DNA from: Lama guanicoe
Lineage: Eukaryota
Assembly (NCBI GenBank): GCA_013239625.1
Contig: MU053652.1
Location: 4,703,902-4,767,901 of the forward strand
Length of the DNA: 64,000 nt
Direction: 5' to 3'
Both the position numbers and the translations under genes were made by a program. A model generated the notes under the pieces. The model was not told where the DNA came from and made no database searches. It saw nothing but the letters and a program-made list of their open reading frames with translations. Numbering within the stretch: position 1 is the stretch's first letter; every line of letters begins with the position of its first letter. Shown here in pieces: positions 1-14,316 of the stretch.

Positions 1-1798
1 TGGACTCCCTGGAGCCCATCCATGGATTAATTACCTCCATTCTAAACCTTCTTATTTTCCAGATTGATGAAACCTGATCATCTTTGGTTTTTACTTGGCT
101 GAAAAAGATGTAAATGAGGCAGTATAATGGAAAGAAAACTGAATTGCTTTCTGGAGATTAGGGATCTAATCCCAGCTAAACCATAGACCAGCAGGGTGAT
201 TTTTGGCAAAATTTATTTAACCACTGTGGGCTTCAGCTTCTCATTTGTAAAATGAGTAGGTTCAACTAGAGTAATCACTTAAGGTGCCTTCAGGTATGAT
301 ATTCAGTTATACTCCTTGGACCTTCTCTATTTCCAGTATGCTTTTCTAAAAATGGGCAACTAAAATTGCATAGAATGTTCCAGCTACTGTAGGATATTGC
401 TTTATTTTGAAATCTTTTGTCCCTTTCAGGGTGCAGTAGTGTATTGGGTTGACATTTTCAGATTGGAGTCTGCAGTTGACTTGCTCAATCTCTTTCTTGG
501 TCTATTAATGTTAGCTGAGAGCTAATGATCTTAATAAGCTTAGTTTTCATTATTTTTTTCATAATGCATTGTCTTTTCTTAGCTCCTATTGAGTTTTTCT
601 GGCACTTTTTCTTCCTACTTACACAGTCTTGGCCTCCTCCTCCACTTTATCCCTGTCAGCATGCTATTTCACTGCCTGCAAGGGCTAAGTATTATCTGAA
701 GACTTTTAGGGATTTGTTAAGATTGAAGCCAGTATTAACCCTGGAAATTCCAATAATGAAATTCTTACACATTCGGAGAGAAGTACTCATTTTCTTCATG
801 TTGAATGAATAGGCTAATTTGCCTGTTAGAAACATTTTCCCCCCATATTTCTTTCTTTATTGTTTCTTTCTATTGAGTGTCTGTTAATGCTGGGCGTTAT
901 AGTAGGTGCTACAGACGTAGAAACAGGCAAGAAACATAGCCTTTATTCCTGAGGGATTCACGTCTTTTGGGGAAGATGCCACCTGACCAGTGCTGTAATA
1001 GAGATGTGAGTGGAGGACTGGCAGTGTGGGGCACTTCGCTCTGCCTGAAGAAGGCAGGGGAGACCTCACTAGATGGTGACCCTTGGGTTGGCCTGCCACA
1101 TGTGTCCTTTCAGTTAGCCTGCTGCCATATTCTTAGCGGGGACAAAAGATCAATGCCACAGTAGCTCTAGGAAATATGGCATTGTTTTCAGATATGAGGG
1201 AATATTTAAAATTTAAAGGAATACTAACAGAATATTATGACAATTTATTTTTGGAGTTTACTGTAAGGTGAACTTTTTTTCTTTGCTTATAAAATCTGCT
1301 TTTATCAATAGCAGAAAATTAGGATGGGCTAATTGGCCCTGCCTCTAACCAGTGAAAGGTGTGCCTGTGGAAATTCTAGAGCGTGAGTCAAGGGTTGAGC
1401 TCATGGCTTTCTGATTCACTGCTGTATTCGTGGGATAGAGGCCAGGGACTTTTACTCCAAGAGGTAGATCTGCTCTTATCTGATGCCTCCCAAGTGACTA
1501 TGACAACAGTGAGATCTGTATTAATTTCAGGGTTAAGTGGTTGCTGCCTTATTTTTTAGTCCTCTAATAGGCATGCAATAAGTGATGCTGAATTAAACAT
1601 TAGCCTGGAATTTATGTAGTATTTCTTGTGGGCATTTCCTATTAACAAGTGAGGTGGTAAGACTAAAGTTCTGAGATGCATTGGAAAAGCTGAAGGAAGT
1701 AATAATAAAATTTCACGGTGAGCATATATGGTAACTTACCTGTCTTTCACCTCCAGTGCCTGACGCAGTGCCTGTTAGTTAAGTCTCATGGTATTTAA

Positions 1799-2017
<219 letters not shown>

Positions 2018-2771
2018 TGAAACTTAGGCAGTAGTGGCTCCCAGGAGCAACATCTAATGTTTACACAAAGCTTTATTATTATTATTGTCAACGATATAAT
2101 AATAAAGCTAATACTTACTGAGCACATAGTGTGTGTTAGGCACTGAGCTTTACATGCATTACTTTAGTTAATCCTTACATCAGCCATATAGGTGTATATA
2201 AGGTAAGTACAATCATTATCTCTATCTTATAGGTGAGGAAAGAGGTATAATAATCTATTTATGGATCACTCTCTGTATGTCAGTCTCCATCCTAGGCTGA
2301 TGACGTGAAAGACTGGGACAAGAAGGGATTAAGGCCATCTATGAGGTGGAGTAAATGTTTGAGAGACAAAAGAGTGTGGGTGATGGAGGATTTTTCTGTG
2401 TATTCTATAACCAAGTGTTAATTTGTTTTGAGATAAGTTATCCTGTATTGCCATTGTCTCTTAAATTCTCCTCTGTAGAGTTAACACTACCATTTCATTA
2501 GCTTTCTTTAGAATACTAAAAATTTGCCTGTTTACAGATCATTTTCCTCAATTGGGGCCTACTTTGGGACTGATCAACTCCCTTAAAATGAATGAATAAG
2601 TGGCCTTTTGCACAGCTGTACCCAGTACTGCTGGGCTGAGTGACCCACTTGCAGCCAGCTGGGCTAAAACATCCTGGGGGTTGGGTTCCACAGCATAATT
2701 GGGGTTTGCTATTTTCCCTTTCCTTCGTGTTCCTTGTCAGTTGCTTCATTTCTACTCATCATGAATTTTAA

Positions 2772-2936
<165 letters not shown>

Positions 2937-3931
2937 TAGTAGTAGGGAGACGGGAATCAGGCTTCTGAGTAGCTGGCCCTTTGCTGCGACAGTGACCCAA
3001 CAATAGTACGTTTGGGGCATGTTTCAAATTTAAAACCCTCTCTAACGAGTTATGTTACTATTTCACTTGAGCAGGTGTGGCTTTCTGTTAGGAAGCCTTC
3101 ACCCAGTTTGTGGATTAACCAGTCCCGTTCTCCTTTCTGCCTGCTAGCCTGCTAACCTTTATACCTTTTCGTCCTTCTGATGTTTTCATCAGAGGATTAG
3201 CAGGGCAAAGAAGAGGAAAAACTCAGATTACCTTTGCCTCTTGTCATCATTTCTGATAGGTTTTCTGAAGAAGATGAAAATTATGACTAAAATTACTCTT
3301 TTGGAATATTCATGGGTTTTAAATGTGCACTGAGTACTTTTCCCTTAATGTCAGAAAGATAATCAAGAATTAGCTTTAATTAAGACAAAAAAAGAACCCC
3401 TTCCTCTCGGTCACACAGCAGTGCCACCTGTTGCACAGCTGCACAGCCTAGACTGGTATTGGGAGGCCATTAGCCCTTGATAACCAGGCCTCTATATTGT
3501 GATGTGCCTGTTTCCTAGGTTGGCTTATCATTGCTTAGTAATGGCTCCCAAATAAATACATGAGCAGTGAGCTTCCAAGGACAGGTTATATAGGGAGAGC
3601 ATTACTGCATTCCAGATGCCTAAAATGTACTTATTTCCAGGACTTCTTGGAGGCCTTTCCATCTGGCTTTGGGCATGTACCTGAAACTTTTTGAGGGGAA
3701 GAAAGAAGAACAAAATCACAGAATGTTCAGAGTTTTAGTCCTTGAGAGCAGCCCATAGACAAGAACTTAGCCCTGTAGCCTATTTCTGGACCTACCAGAT
3801 GCCACTGTGTCCTGGCCAGCATAGTCCTCTGGGCCCTGTACAAAGAGCTTGCATCATTCAAATCACATTCCTCTTATTGCTCAGTGAAAATTCCCTTGCT
3901 GATGTCTTGGCCTTTTTCCCTCTTTCTGCAG

Positions 3932-3996
3932 TGATTCGTGCTGGGACGAAGGCTGCAGAGGGTGTGAGTGCTGCTGATATGGCCAAAAGGGAACGA
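3932..3996 (+). CDS. RBM28: RBM28 coding exon (probably 13)
   Basis: ttctgcag|TG...GAACGA|gtgagt; (L)IRAGTKAAEGVSAADMAKRER. Confidence 0.96.
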
Positions 3997-5688
3997 GTGA
4001 GTAAATTAGGCACCAGCTTTGAGCTTCTGCATGATTTAATATGAATCAGTAAGTAATAATAGTTGAATGCTAGAGGTACTCATCAAAGAGCCAAGTGTTG
4101 GTCACAGGTGCTACTTACACTATAGTTAGAAAGACAACACATGGGTGGGACAGCAACTAACCCAGTATGATATGAAGAACTGGGTCTTTTTCTTTATTTT
4201 CCTAATCCTTAGCAGTAGCCAAATAGTATGCTTCTCGATCATGGAGTAGACACCTAGTGACTTGAGCTGTATACAGTTAGGTCAGTATAAATGCAGAACA
4301 ACATAAGGAAGATCAGAGTGGCTGGAGTTAGTAGGAAAGAGGGTGTAGGTGTAGGTCTTTGAAGGGAGAGTTAAGATGTCTGTTTTGGGAGAGCGGGTGG
4401 TATCTCCAGATTATAAAACCATTGTAGGAAAATTCCATATTATGAGCGTTTCCGCTGATAACTGATACTGTTGAGTTCCTTTGCTGCTCGGTAATGTTTG
4501 TTCCAGTAATTTCTACTTTTGCCCATATAGCTTACTTTCAAAAAGCTAAGGCTGCCTAGAATGGAAGATGTATAATCATGAACAGAATTAGCTACGGAGC
4601 ATGAAAGTGCAGAAGATGATGGAGAGAAATTGGAGTATAGTGGCAGCAAGAGGCATTGTGTCTTCTGCGTGTTAGTTTCTAAACGAGCGTTCTCAACTGT
4701 TTTCAGTAGTGAGGAGCTAGAAAAATCGTGGTATTTGAGGACATTGTATGCCCTTTTCTGATCACAATGCAGTAGTGGCACATTGAGCTTTCCCTTAGAA
4801 TGAATTTCTCTAGCAAAAAGCTCACTAGATTATATGCATTATAACTCACAGCAGGCACAACTTTTCTTAGGGAGAAAAATTAGACTGTTGAATTTAGGCA
4901 TGATAGCCTCTTCAAATAGCCCTTTAGTATTAATTTCCAGAGTATTGTTTATTTCATGATTTGTTAGTACCTTTACCAAACAAGAAGCAGCAGGAATGAG
5001 ACTTGATAAGAGAAAAAAGATTAATTTAAAGCTCTTCTACTGAGGCAATTTTAACAAACAAATCAGGAGAAGAATGTCATCTTTTTACTTTAGAATCAGT
5101 TACCCTGGGACAGGTGCTTTGTGCAGCATAGTTGAGACTCCAGAAGCAGAATTCCTTTCTATGGCCATTGACATTTCTTTGCCTCAAGGTGGCAGAGTTG
5201 AGACGAGACAACAGTCTATCAAGTATTCTTTAAATAAATTCTACTTCTTTTAGGAAGGGCTGAATAATTAGTTTGAGTTGGTGGGTAGGTAAGGGCTTGG
5301 CATGGATGTTGACCACAGTGTTATTTACTATTTGCTGTAGGCCAGGTTTGAGCTTGGGATTTTATGCATATGACCTCATTTCAGCCTCATATCAGTGCTG
5401 AGAGATTGGTATATTTTGATCTACAGTCCTACTCTGTTGGTGAAATTATTGAGGCTTAAAACATTTCATGTAACTTCTTCAGTTAGGGATGGATTTCTGA
5501 TTCAGTCTGACTCCAGAGCCCATGATCTTGGCACCTATCCACCGTCTTGCTTCTTTGAACCTTTCTCTCCCTGTGCTGGGCATCATAAGGCTGCAGGATG
5601 GGTGATTTTCCTCCTTTTTTCTGTATGTGTGGGTATTGGCTAGGAGTCATGGTTCTTTCCTGTTGGGGAATTATGAGCCTGTATTTTT

Positions 5689-6561
5689 TTTTTTATTATT
5701 ATTGAAGGTAGTCAGTGTTATATCAATTTCTGGTGTACAGCATAATAGTTCAGTCATACATATACATACATATATTTGTTTTCGTATTCTTTTTCATTAT
5801 AGGTTATTACAAGATATTGAATATAGTTCCCCATGCTATACAGTATAAACTTGTTGTTTATCTATTTTATATATATAGTTAGTATCTAAAAATTTCGAAC
5901 TCCCAATTTATCCCTTCCCCCACTCTTTCCCCAGGTCACTCTAAGTTTGTTTTCTATGTCTGTGAGTCTGTTTCTGTTTTGTAAATAAGTTCATTTGTCT
6001 TTTTTTTTAGATTGCACATATAAGTGATATCATATAGTATTTGTCTTTCTCTTTCTGGCTAACTTCACTTAGAATGACAATCTCCAGGTCCATCCGTGTT
6101 GTTGCAAATGACGTTGTTTTATTTTGGCTGAATAGTATTTCATTGTATAAATATACCACAACTTCTTTATCCTGTCACCTGTCGGTGGACATTTAGGTTG
6201 TTTCCATATCTTGGCTATTATAAATAGTGCTGCTGTGAACACTGGGGTGCATGTATCTTTTTGAATTAAAGTTCCCTCTGGATATATGCTCTGGAGTGGG
6301 ATTGCTGGATTGTATGGTAAGTCTGTTTTTAGTTTTTTTGAGGAATCTCCATACTGTTTTCCATGATGGCTGCACCAAACTACATTCCTACCAATAGCGT
6401 AGGAAGGTTTCCTTTTCTCTACACCCTCTCCAGCATTTATCGTTCATGAACTTTTTAATGATGTCCATTCTGACTGGTGTGAGGTGATATACTTCATTGT
6501 AGTTTTGATTTGCGTTTCTCTGATAATTAGCACTATTGAGCATTTTTTCATGTACCTATTG
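5689..6561 (-). mobile_element. 5'-truncated LINE-1 (ORF2 C-terminus, 3'UTR, poly-A) in an RBM28 intron
   Basis: Poly-T at the left end, ORF2-like peptide [10 protein letters not shown]..., TSD TGAGCCTGT(A/G)TTTTT at 5674 and 6562. Confidence 0.93.
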
Positions 6562-6598
6562 TGAGCCTGTGTTTTTAAAGAATGGATTGTATTATTAA

Positions 6599-6835
<237 letters not shown>

Positions 6836-8600
6836 TAGTTCAGGCTGTGGTACTAGCAGATGGACAGATTTTCTTTTGGACACATTGTGGGCAGATAAGG
6901 CTGAGTTTGGCAGTTTTCATGTTTTGTTTTGATTTTAACTTTTTTTTCTTCTAAGCACTGCCTTTTACATCTGACCAAATTGCAGCAGAATGTGATGAAT
7001 CCTCTGCCCTCATAAATTAATTTAGCAGGCATTTATTGAATACCTGCTGTGTTCTCAGCATTATACCAGGTGCTGTAATGTTAATTTTCTTGCAGAGAAA
7101 ATCCTCTGTGTGCTTTGCTTTTTGGAATAGCATTTCACTATCATTTAGGCTCTTACCCCACAGTAAGAGTCCTCAGTGCCCCTTGGTGAGCACAGGGAGC
7201 TACCCAGGTCCTCAGCAGTTGTGTTAGACAAACTCTGGATCCATACCAAGACCTGGTTAGGCACCGTGAGTACGAAACTTCTCTGCCCCCACAGCACCCT
7301 GTGCATCCCTCTGTCATAGCGCGATTACCCTGGCCTGTCACTGTCAGTCACTTCTCCTGACCAGACTGAGCTCTTTGAGAACAGATGTCTTCTCATTGTT
7401 CCCAGTTCTTAGCATAGCATGTAGTCATCTCTCAATCAGTGTTTATTGAATAGGTAATAGCCAGTATTGTGAGTCTGCTTTGCTCTGACTCATCGCTGTA
7501 ACTATTTTCCTACTCCTGGAAAGCCTCTTCGAACGTTATGGTACTGGTGTTCGGGGAACCATAGACGAGAATGTGAACATTACCAGCACATAGCTGACAC
7601 TATACTTAGTAAAACTGTTCAAAGTGTTATTGGAATAGGGGTCAATTATATAATTTCTCATCAATATCCACAATACTTAGTAAGTGACTCCACATTTAAA
7701 ACCTGTAATCATTTAGCAATATGTATGTGTGTTTTACAATGTTTGCATTATATGAATTTTCTCTTTAATTCTTTCATTTGTGTGAGTATTGTGTCTCAGT
7801 AAGATAGTAAGCCTCTTGAGGATAGGAACCTCTTTTTATGCTTTTCTGATTTCCTTACAATACATGGCACAGAGTAGATACTGGACATATACCAAATGCA
7901 GCATCTAAGTGTCCCTAATACCTAGACTTCTCCATTGCATGACAGCTCCAGCCTCCAAGAGTAAAAGCATGTAAACAATCAGTTTTCCCAAAATGTCCTA
8001 CTGTTCCTCGGTGCCCCAGGGTACCCTTAAGGATTTGGAATCATACCAGAGAGGATCTGAGCTCTAAACAAAGACAGCTGAAGCTTCTTCCTGTAGCTCT
8101 GAGGCTGTGTGTTGGGCAGGATCTTCCCCATGTCTGAATTGTCTTTCTTATCTAAAGCCATCAGGACTTCATCCATCCCTTCTTCAGTAATTTTCTTTCT
8201 GAGCGGTTTCTCCAATGATGAAATCTGTAGACGGCATTAAAGCCTCAGTGCTAACTTACACAACCTGGAGTACCACGTACTTCTCAACTTGTATGTATTG
8301 TCATGTCCACAGTTGACTATCGTAATTTTTCCTCGGGAATTTCATTTTATTTACATGCTTATTTGTAAACCTATGTTGATGTCTGTAAATTCTTAGAAAG
8401 CAAGAAAATATCTATTTAACTTCTCTTGTGCTCTCAGTAGACATATCCTAATAAAACAGGCATTCATAAGTGTTATTCCAGTACAACGCTTGGGATGGTG
8501 ATATAGATGAAGACTCTGTTCCAATAACCTGATTTTTTATTTAAGCTGTTAAGGAGCTTCATCCTGTAATTACTGATTCTTTTTCTTATTCTACTCGTAG

Positions 8601-8750
8601 TGTCGGGTGATGCGAGACCTTAAAGGAATTTATGGGAAAGTTAAGGGTCAGTCCTTGGGCTACGCCTTTGCAGAGTTCCAGGAGCACGAGCATGCCCTGG
8701 CGGCCCTACGACACATCAACAACAATCCAGAAATCTTTGGGCCTCAGAAG
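8601..8750 (+). CDS. RBM28: RBM28 coding exon (probably 15), RRM4 RNP1
   Basis: ctcgtag|TGT...CAGAAG|gtgagc; [50 protein letters not shown]. Confidence 0.97.
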
Positions 8751-9034
8751 GTGAGCCTCCTCCTGTGGGGAGACATGTTCCTCTGAGGGCCATTTGAAGA
8801 GAATCCTCTGACATTTGTGTGATCGGTAAGCGAAGCAGGGTGATGGAAGGAGTGAGCAGTGAGTCAGGTGATAAGGTGATTAGAAGGAACTCTAAATTGA
8901 TAGACTGCTTGCAGAACTGGCCCCTTCCCTTTAAGAAGAGTGAAGTGAGCAGCATCCTCTGACTTGCAGGAAAGAGAGTAGTGACGGGGGGGACATCTCA
9001 GCTCACTGCACACAGAGATTAAGAAATCTAATGA

Positions 9035-9142
<108 letters not shown>

Positions 9143-10619
9143 TGAATGCTTTTTCTGTCTTTGTTGGTGTTATTTTTTTTTTAACTGTAGTGAAATACAC
9201 ATCACATAAACTTTACTATTTTTAATTGTACGGTTCAGTTAAGACTTTTTTAGGCCATAGCTAAACTCCTGTTCTGTTCAGATTGTGGTTCTGCTCCCTT
9301 GAAGTAGATCTCTGCCTCATGAGTTTCTTTTGTTACCCTTTACTCTTAGTTCCCTAGAACTCTGCAGGCCATCTCTCCTCTGCTGGCCTGTCTCAGGATA
9401 GCTCCACGGAAGGGAGAGGAGGGAGAGAGGACGATCAGACTGATGTAATTACCAATCAGCGGTTCTTGTACTGCAGTGTTTGGTGATGGTACATGTCAAA
9501 TTCATAGCCAAGATGAAGATTTCAGCTGTCTCTTCTGTAATTCTTTTTTCTTCTTGGATGACTCCAGAAGGGTGATGCCTGATAGTTTTAGTACTATTTT
9601 TAATCTAGTTAGTACAGAGGAATGAACAGGGACTTTAGGAACAAGAATGCTTATGTTCAAATTCAGGCTCTTCCTTGTTCTGAGCTCCTTGGCAAGTTAT
9701 TACTCTCTCAACTTCAGTTTCTAGTTTGTTAAATAGAATTAACATCATCTGTGTTACATGGTTGATGAAGATTAAATGAGGTAATAGGTGTAAGTTGTCT
9801 TGCATACTGCATGTGAGCACACGGTACTCATTCTCTTATCCATCTTGCCCCAGGACATAAAGGGCCAGATTATTCTTGATACCATAACTTTGACAGATCT
9901 CATTGATATTATACCTTACCTTGCATATATACCAAACATTTACAGTGTTTTGGTATCTTTGTTGTGTATACCATGAGCATGACCCCTAAAGAAGCATTTC
10001 AGTCGTTAATACAATGGCCCTGGGTCAGAAAAACCTGAGCTCTGCTTATTATTCAAGGCAGCTTTGTTATTGTAGGTAAAGGATTATTTACTGCCTAAGC
10101 CATGGCTTCAGAGGTGAATCTGTAGCTACTGGCTTAAAAAAAATATTCAGGTGGCTTTATTTGTTGCCTACGCTTACGTACATACTGATCTTTCTGTGTG
10201 AAAGTGACCCTCTCCCCTGACTCAAGGATACTTCTATTCACTTTGCATGTTTAGATCAAATATACTTCCTCAAATAGCGTTTCCCACCTCTCTTAAAAGA
10301 GGTAAGACCTTATTACTTGTACTTTCCTGAACTTCCTTAAATTCTTCTTTAATTTTTTACTTTATTTGTGTATATCTCTTATCTCCACTAGGCTCTGAGT
10401 CCTAAAAGGTAGACACTTCATTGTTTCCATCTGTACCCTTACTAGTTAGAAACAGACTGGCACATAATAGGCATGTAATAGATCTTTGTTGTATCAATGT
10501 GCCTATCTAGATTTTTAAGGTGAAAGGACAACATAACACTTATAATATTAATTTCACCTGAATTTTCATTTTCTTCTCCTATGTCAGTGCAACTCAAATC
10601 TGTAACATACTTTATGCCT

Positions 10620-11240
10620 TCTTTCTCACATCATCTTTTCCTTGACTTCATTTGATGATTTTCTTCTCTAATACTCTTTCTTTTTTTATGTGGATTTGAA
10701 TTTCTGACCTATGTCATTTTCCCTCTCTCAATAAATTCATTTAGTATTTCTTGCAAGGTAGGTCTGCCAGTGATGAATTTCTTTAATTTTTGTTTGCCTA
10801 AGAAAGTCTTTATTTCTCCTTCACTTTTGAAGAATGATCGCATGGGTACAGAATTCTAGGTTGGTGATTTTTTTCCCCCCTAAACTTTAAATGTTTCATT
10901 CTATTCTCTTCTTGCTTACATGGTTTCTGAAGAGAAATCCAATGTAATCTTAACTTTGTTCCTCTGTAGATAAGGTATTTTCCCACCTCTGGCTTCTTTC
11001 AAGATTTTCTCTTTGATTTTCTGCAGTTTGATGTGCTGTGACTAGGTATGTTTTGTTTTTTTTTTAATTTATTTATCCTGTTTGGTATTTGGCCGAACTT
11101 CCTAGATCTATGGTTTAGTGTCTCTCATCACATTTGGAAATCCTCAGCTCTCATTACTTCAAATGTTTCTTCTTTTCTTTCTTCTGATTCACACTACACA
11201 TTTGTTACATCTTTAGTAATTATCCCATGCTACTGGCCTT
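10620..11240 (-). mobile_element. Old L1M fragment
   Basis: T-rich, with recognisable L1M antisense motifs (AAAGTCTTTATTTCTCCTTCACTTTTGAAG, GGGTACAGAATTCTAGGTTG); boundaries approximate. Confidence 0.7.
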
Positions 11241-11508
11241 TGTTTGTTTGTTTTCTGCTGGCTTTTGGTCATCCATGTACTTTCCCCCTATTTCTACATG
11301 TGGAAAGGGAAATGGTTGTTTTGCATCCCCCACTGAGTAACCACCTGTTAACTCTGTCAGGGCCTGTGAACTACTTGCATTCATTTTCCTTTAGTCTCTT
11401 TGTGGAAAGAATTCTCCTTGGCTCACCAAGCTCACTTCTCTTCTGTTGAATATTTCTAGCAAATAAACCTCATCCAGAAACCAAACGGCAGTCTCTTATT
11501 TTATGCAG

Positions 11509-11765
11509 CAAAAAGCAAAATCCAAGCCTGCAACTGGTGAGCCCCAGCAGGAACAACAAGAACTTGGAAAACACCAGCCAAGAAAAGCAGCTCAGAACCA
11601 CACACAAGAGCAGAGCAAGGGCCCCGCAGAGCAGAAGGGGAAGGCGGGCTCTGTCTCGTGGGCAGGATTCCAGACCAAGGCCGAAGTGGAGCATGTGGAG
11701 CTGTCCGACGGAAAGAAGAGAAGGAAGGTCCTGGTGCTCCCCTCGCATCGAGGCCCCAAAAATAG
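11509..11765 (+). CDS. RBM28: RBM28 coding exon (probably 17)
   Basis: ttatgcag|CAA...AATAG|gtgaga; [13 protein letters not shown]...[33 protein letters not shown](R). Confidence 0.96.
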
Positions 11766-12378
11766 GTGAGATGCAGGACGGCTTCTGAGACGGTTGGGTT
11801 TTGCTTTGCCTTTTTTCCTCTTTGTGGCTTTTGTTTGGATGAAAGGGATGCTGTGCTGTGCCAGTCCCCTATGAGGGGCGATGCACACGTGTCTCTACCC
11901 CAGCAGAGGTGTCACTCTTGGACCAAACGGAGGCCAGAACAGGACTGGCAGGGGGTCTCAGAGGATGTGCCAGGGTGAGCTTTCTTGCCATTTTTCTCCT
12001 CTTCTGAGGGGCTTCCTCCTGTCCAGATGGCCATCTCTGTCAGCCGAGGCTCACTCCTTGAGATTCCCTTCCAGTTTCTGTTTGGGATAACAGATTAGTG
12101 CTATCAACAAAAGTGGATCTTCACAAAATACTTGTTAAGTAAGTGATGGTATATGAGATTCCCCTGAGGTTTCAAGCCAAAACAACAACAACAAAAAGCA
12201 AGTGTACAAATGTTGAACCTTAGGCCATTTTGTTGCAGTATCTTTTTTTTAGCATGACTTCTCATGGGCTTAGAAAGAGTCAGTGTAAGAAAAGCATTTT
12301 ATCTTCTGGGCTGAGAAAACCTCAAGGGTGCCAATTAGAGGAAGAACTCAGGGTGACACTTAGCCATATTTGTTTCAG

Positions 12379-12478
12379 GTTGCGGGACAAAGGCAAAATG
12401 ACGTCTCTCCCTCCTAAGAAGCCAAAGCCCCAGATGAACCACTGGAAGCAAGAGAAGCAGAAATTATCTTCTAAGCAG
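12379..12478 (+). CDS. RBM28: RBM28 coding exon (probably 18)
   Basis: tgtttcag|G...AAGCAG|gtgagt; (R)[33 protein letters not shown]. Confidence 0.96.
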
Positions 12479-12849
12479 GTGAGTTCTGTAGGGGCCAAGG
12501 CTTGGTATGGCACAGCTGGGCTGGGGTCGGCCCCCACTTTTGTGCCTTGATTAGGTGAACAAAAAGGAAAGGGCTTCTAGACTGCATTTATGTATAGGAC
12601 TGCAGCTTTTTAGAGAATGTGGAGGGCACACAGTTCTAAAAGTGGGGAGAATAGTAAAATGAACCCCATGTATTGGTTACTCTGCTTCAACGGTTATCTT
12701 GTTTTACCTCTTCCCTCTGCCCTCTAAGTACAATAAAACAGACTCTCCATCACATGTAAATGTACCTCATGTGGAAATGAGGTACATTGCTCAGAAAAAT
12801 ATCTCAGAATGTGTCTATGATTGGGCCTTAAACACATGTACACACAAAC

Positions 12850-13680
12850 ACATATTATGCCATCGTCACATCTCATGAAATTCAGAAGCCCTTAATATCT
12901 CATATGCAGCTCATATTAAAATGTCCCCAGTTGCATCAAAAATATTTTTCTTAAATTGGTTAGTATGACTTAGGTTCCAAACAAAGTCTACATGTTATGT
13001 TTGGTTTTTATATCTCTTAACTCCCTTTTTTCCTCTCTAATAGCCAATCTTCCTAACCATCCTCACTTTTTCCATGCTGTTAATTTGTTGGAGAAACCAA
13101 GTCCTTTGCCTTTGAGAGTGCATTACATTTTGAATTTAGCTGCTTTCTTCCTTGTGTCAACCTACCTACTGGTCTTAGCACCCTTTGATGATTACTGTCT
13201 AGATCCGTATTTCAACACGAGTTGCAGAATGGTAATTTTCTAATTTTACCAATCCTTTTGCATTTTTTAAAGTAGAATTCTAGAAAAAAAGAATCTTCCT
13301 TTGTCAACTATTTGGTTACTATGAAATACCATTTGCATAGGAAAGGCAGGATAAACGCTTGATTTTGTTTTTTAATCAGTTTTCAGAGTAATGAGTTGGT
13401 GTCCTACCAACCTTCTCTGGTGACCAGTAAGATTTTTTCAGTATTGTAAATTCCTGAGTTTTTGTATACTTGATGTGTGTCAGTCAGATGCAGTCATTAC
13501 TCTTGTCCCATCTGAGGCCAGCAGAAGCCCCTTCAGATTGACTCCTGAGTCTTGACATGACCCTGTCTTTGGTAGTGTCCTTGCTTTCTGGTCCCAGCTC
13601 ATCTTATCTATTTCTTTCCCAGAACTGGCATTAATTTCCAAGGAGCCCTAGTTCCTTTTAGTAGAAAATGGTGGTCCTGC
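12850..13680 (-). mobile_element. Old L1M (L1MC/ME-like) 3' fragment
   Basis: Resembles ancient L1 3'UTR antisense sequence from memory; subfamily uncertain. Confidence 0.55.
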
Positions 13681-14181
13681 ATTCTTGGACATTTGAGTTC
13701 AAGCTTTCTTTTTCCCTTCCTTAGTCCCTGTCCCTTTCTTGTAAGGGAACAAGAAGCATTGGCTTCTCATCCTACTCAAGAAATCTGTGTCTCTGGGAAG
13801 TCTCTGACCCCTCATACTGCCTTACAGAGAACTCTCTCTCAAACCCTGTGAGCAGTGTTCTCGGTGAGGGAAAGGGCAAGCAAGAGCATCCAGACTCGGG
13901 GCTGACTCATCTGTGAGCAGATTCTTGTGAGCGTTTGGGAGCTGGAGTGGGAGAGGCCTCTGAGACACCCGGACAGTGTTTTAGTGGGGCCCTACTCTTA
14001 GGCACTCCTGTTCTCATTCCATACCAGTGGATGGCTCTGTGTGGGTCACTCTCTGGAAGTCCCTCACGTGGTGGGCAAGATCTCTGAACCTACTTATTTT
14101 CGCCTTTGGGTGGCCTCTGGGTAAGGTGATATTGAATGCTTAAAACTAATTATCTTATGTTTCCTTACCTTTCATTTGTAG

Positions 14182-14316
<135 letters not shown>

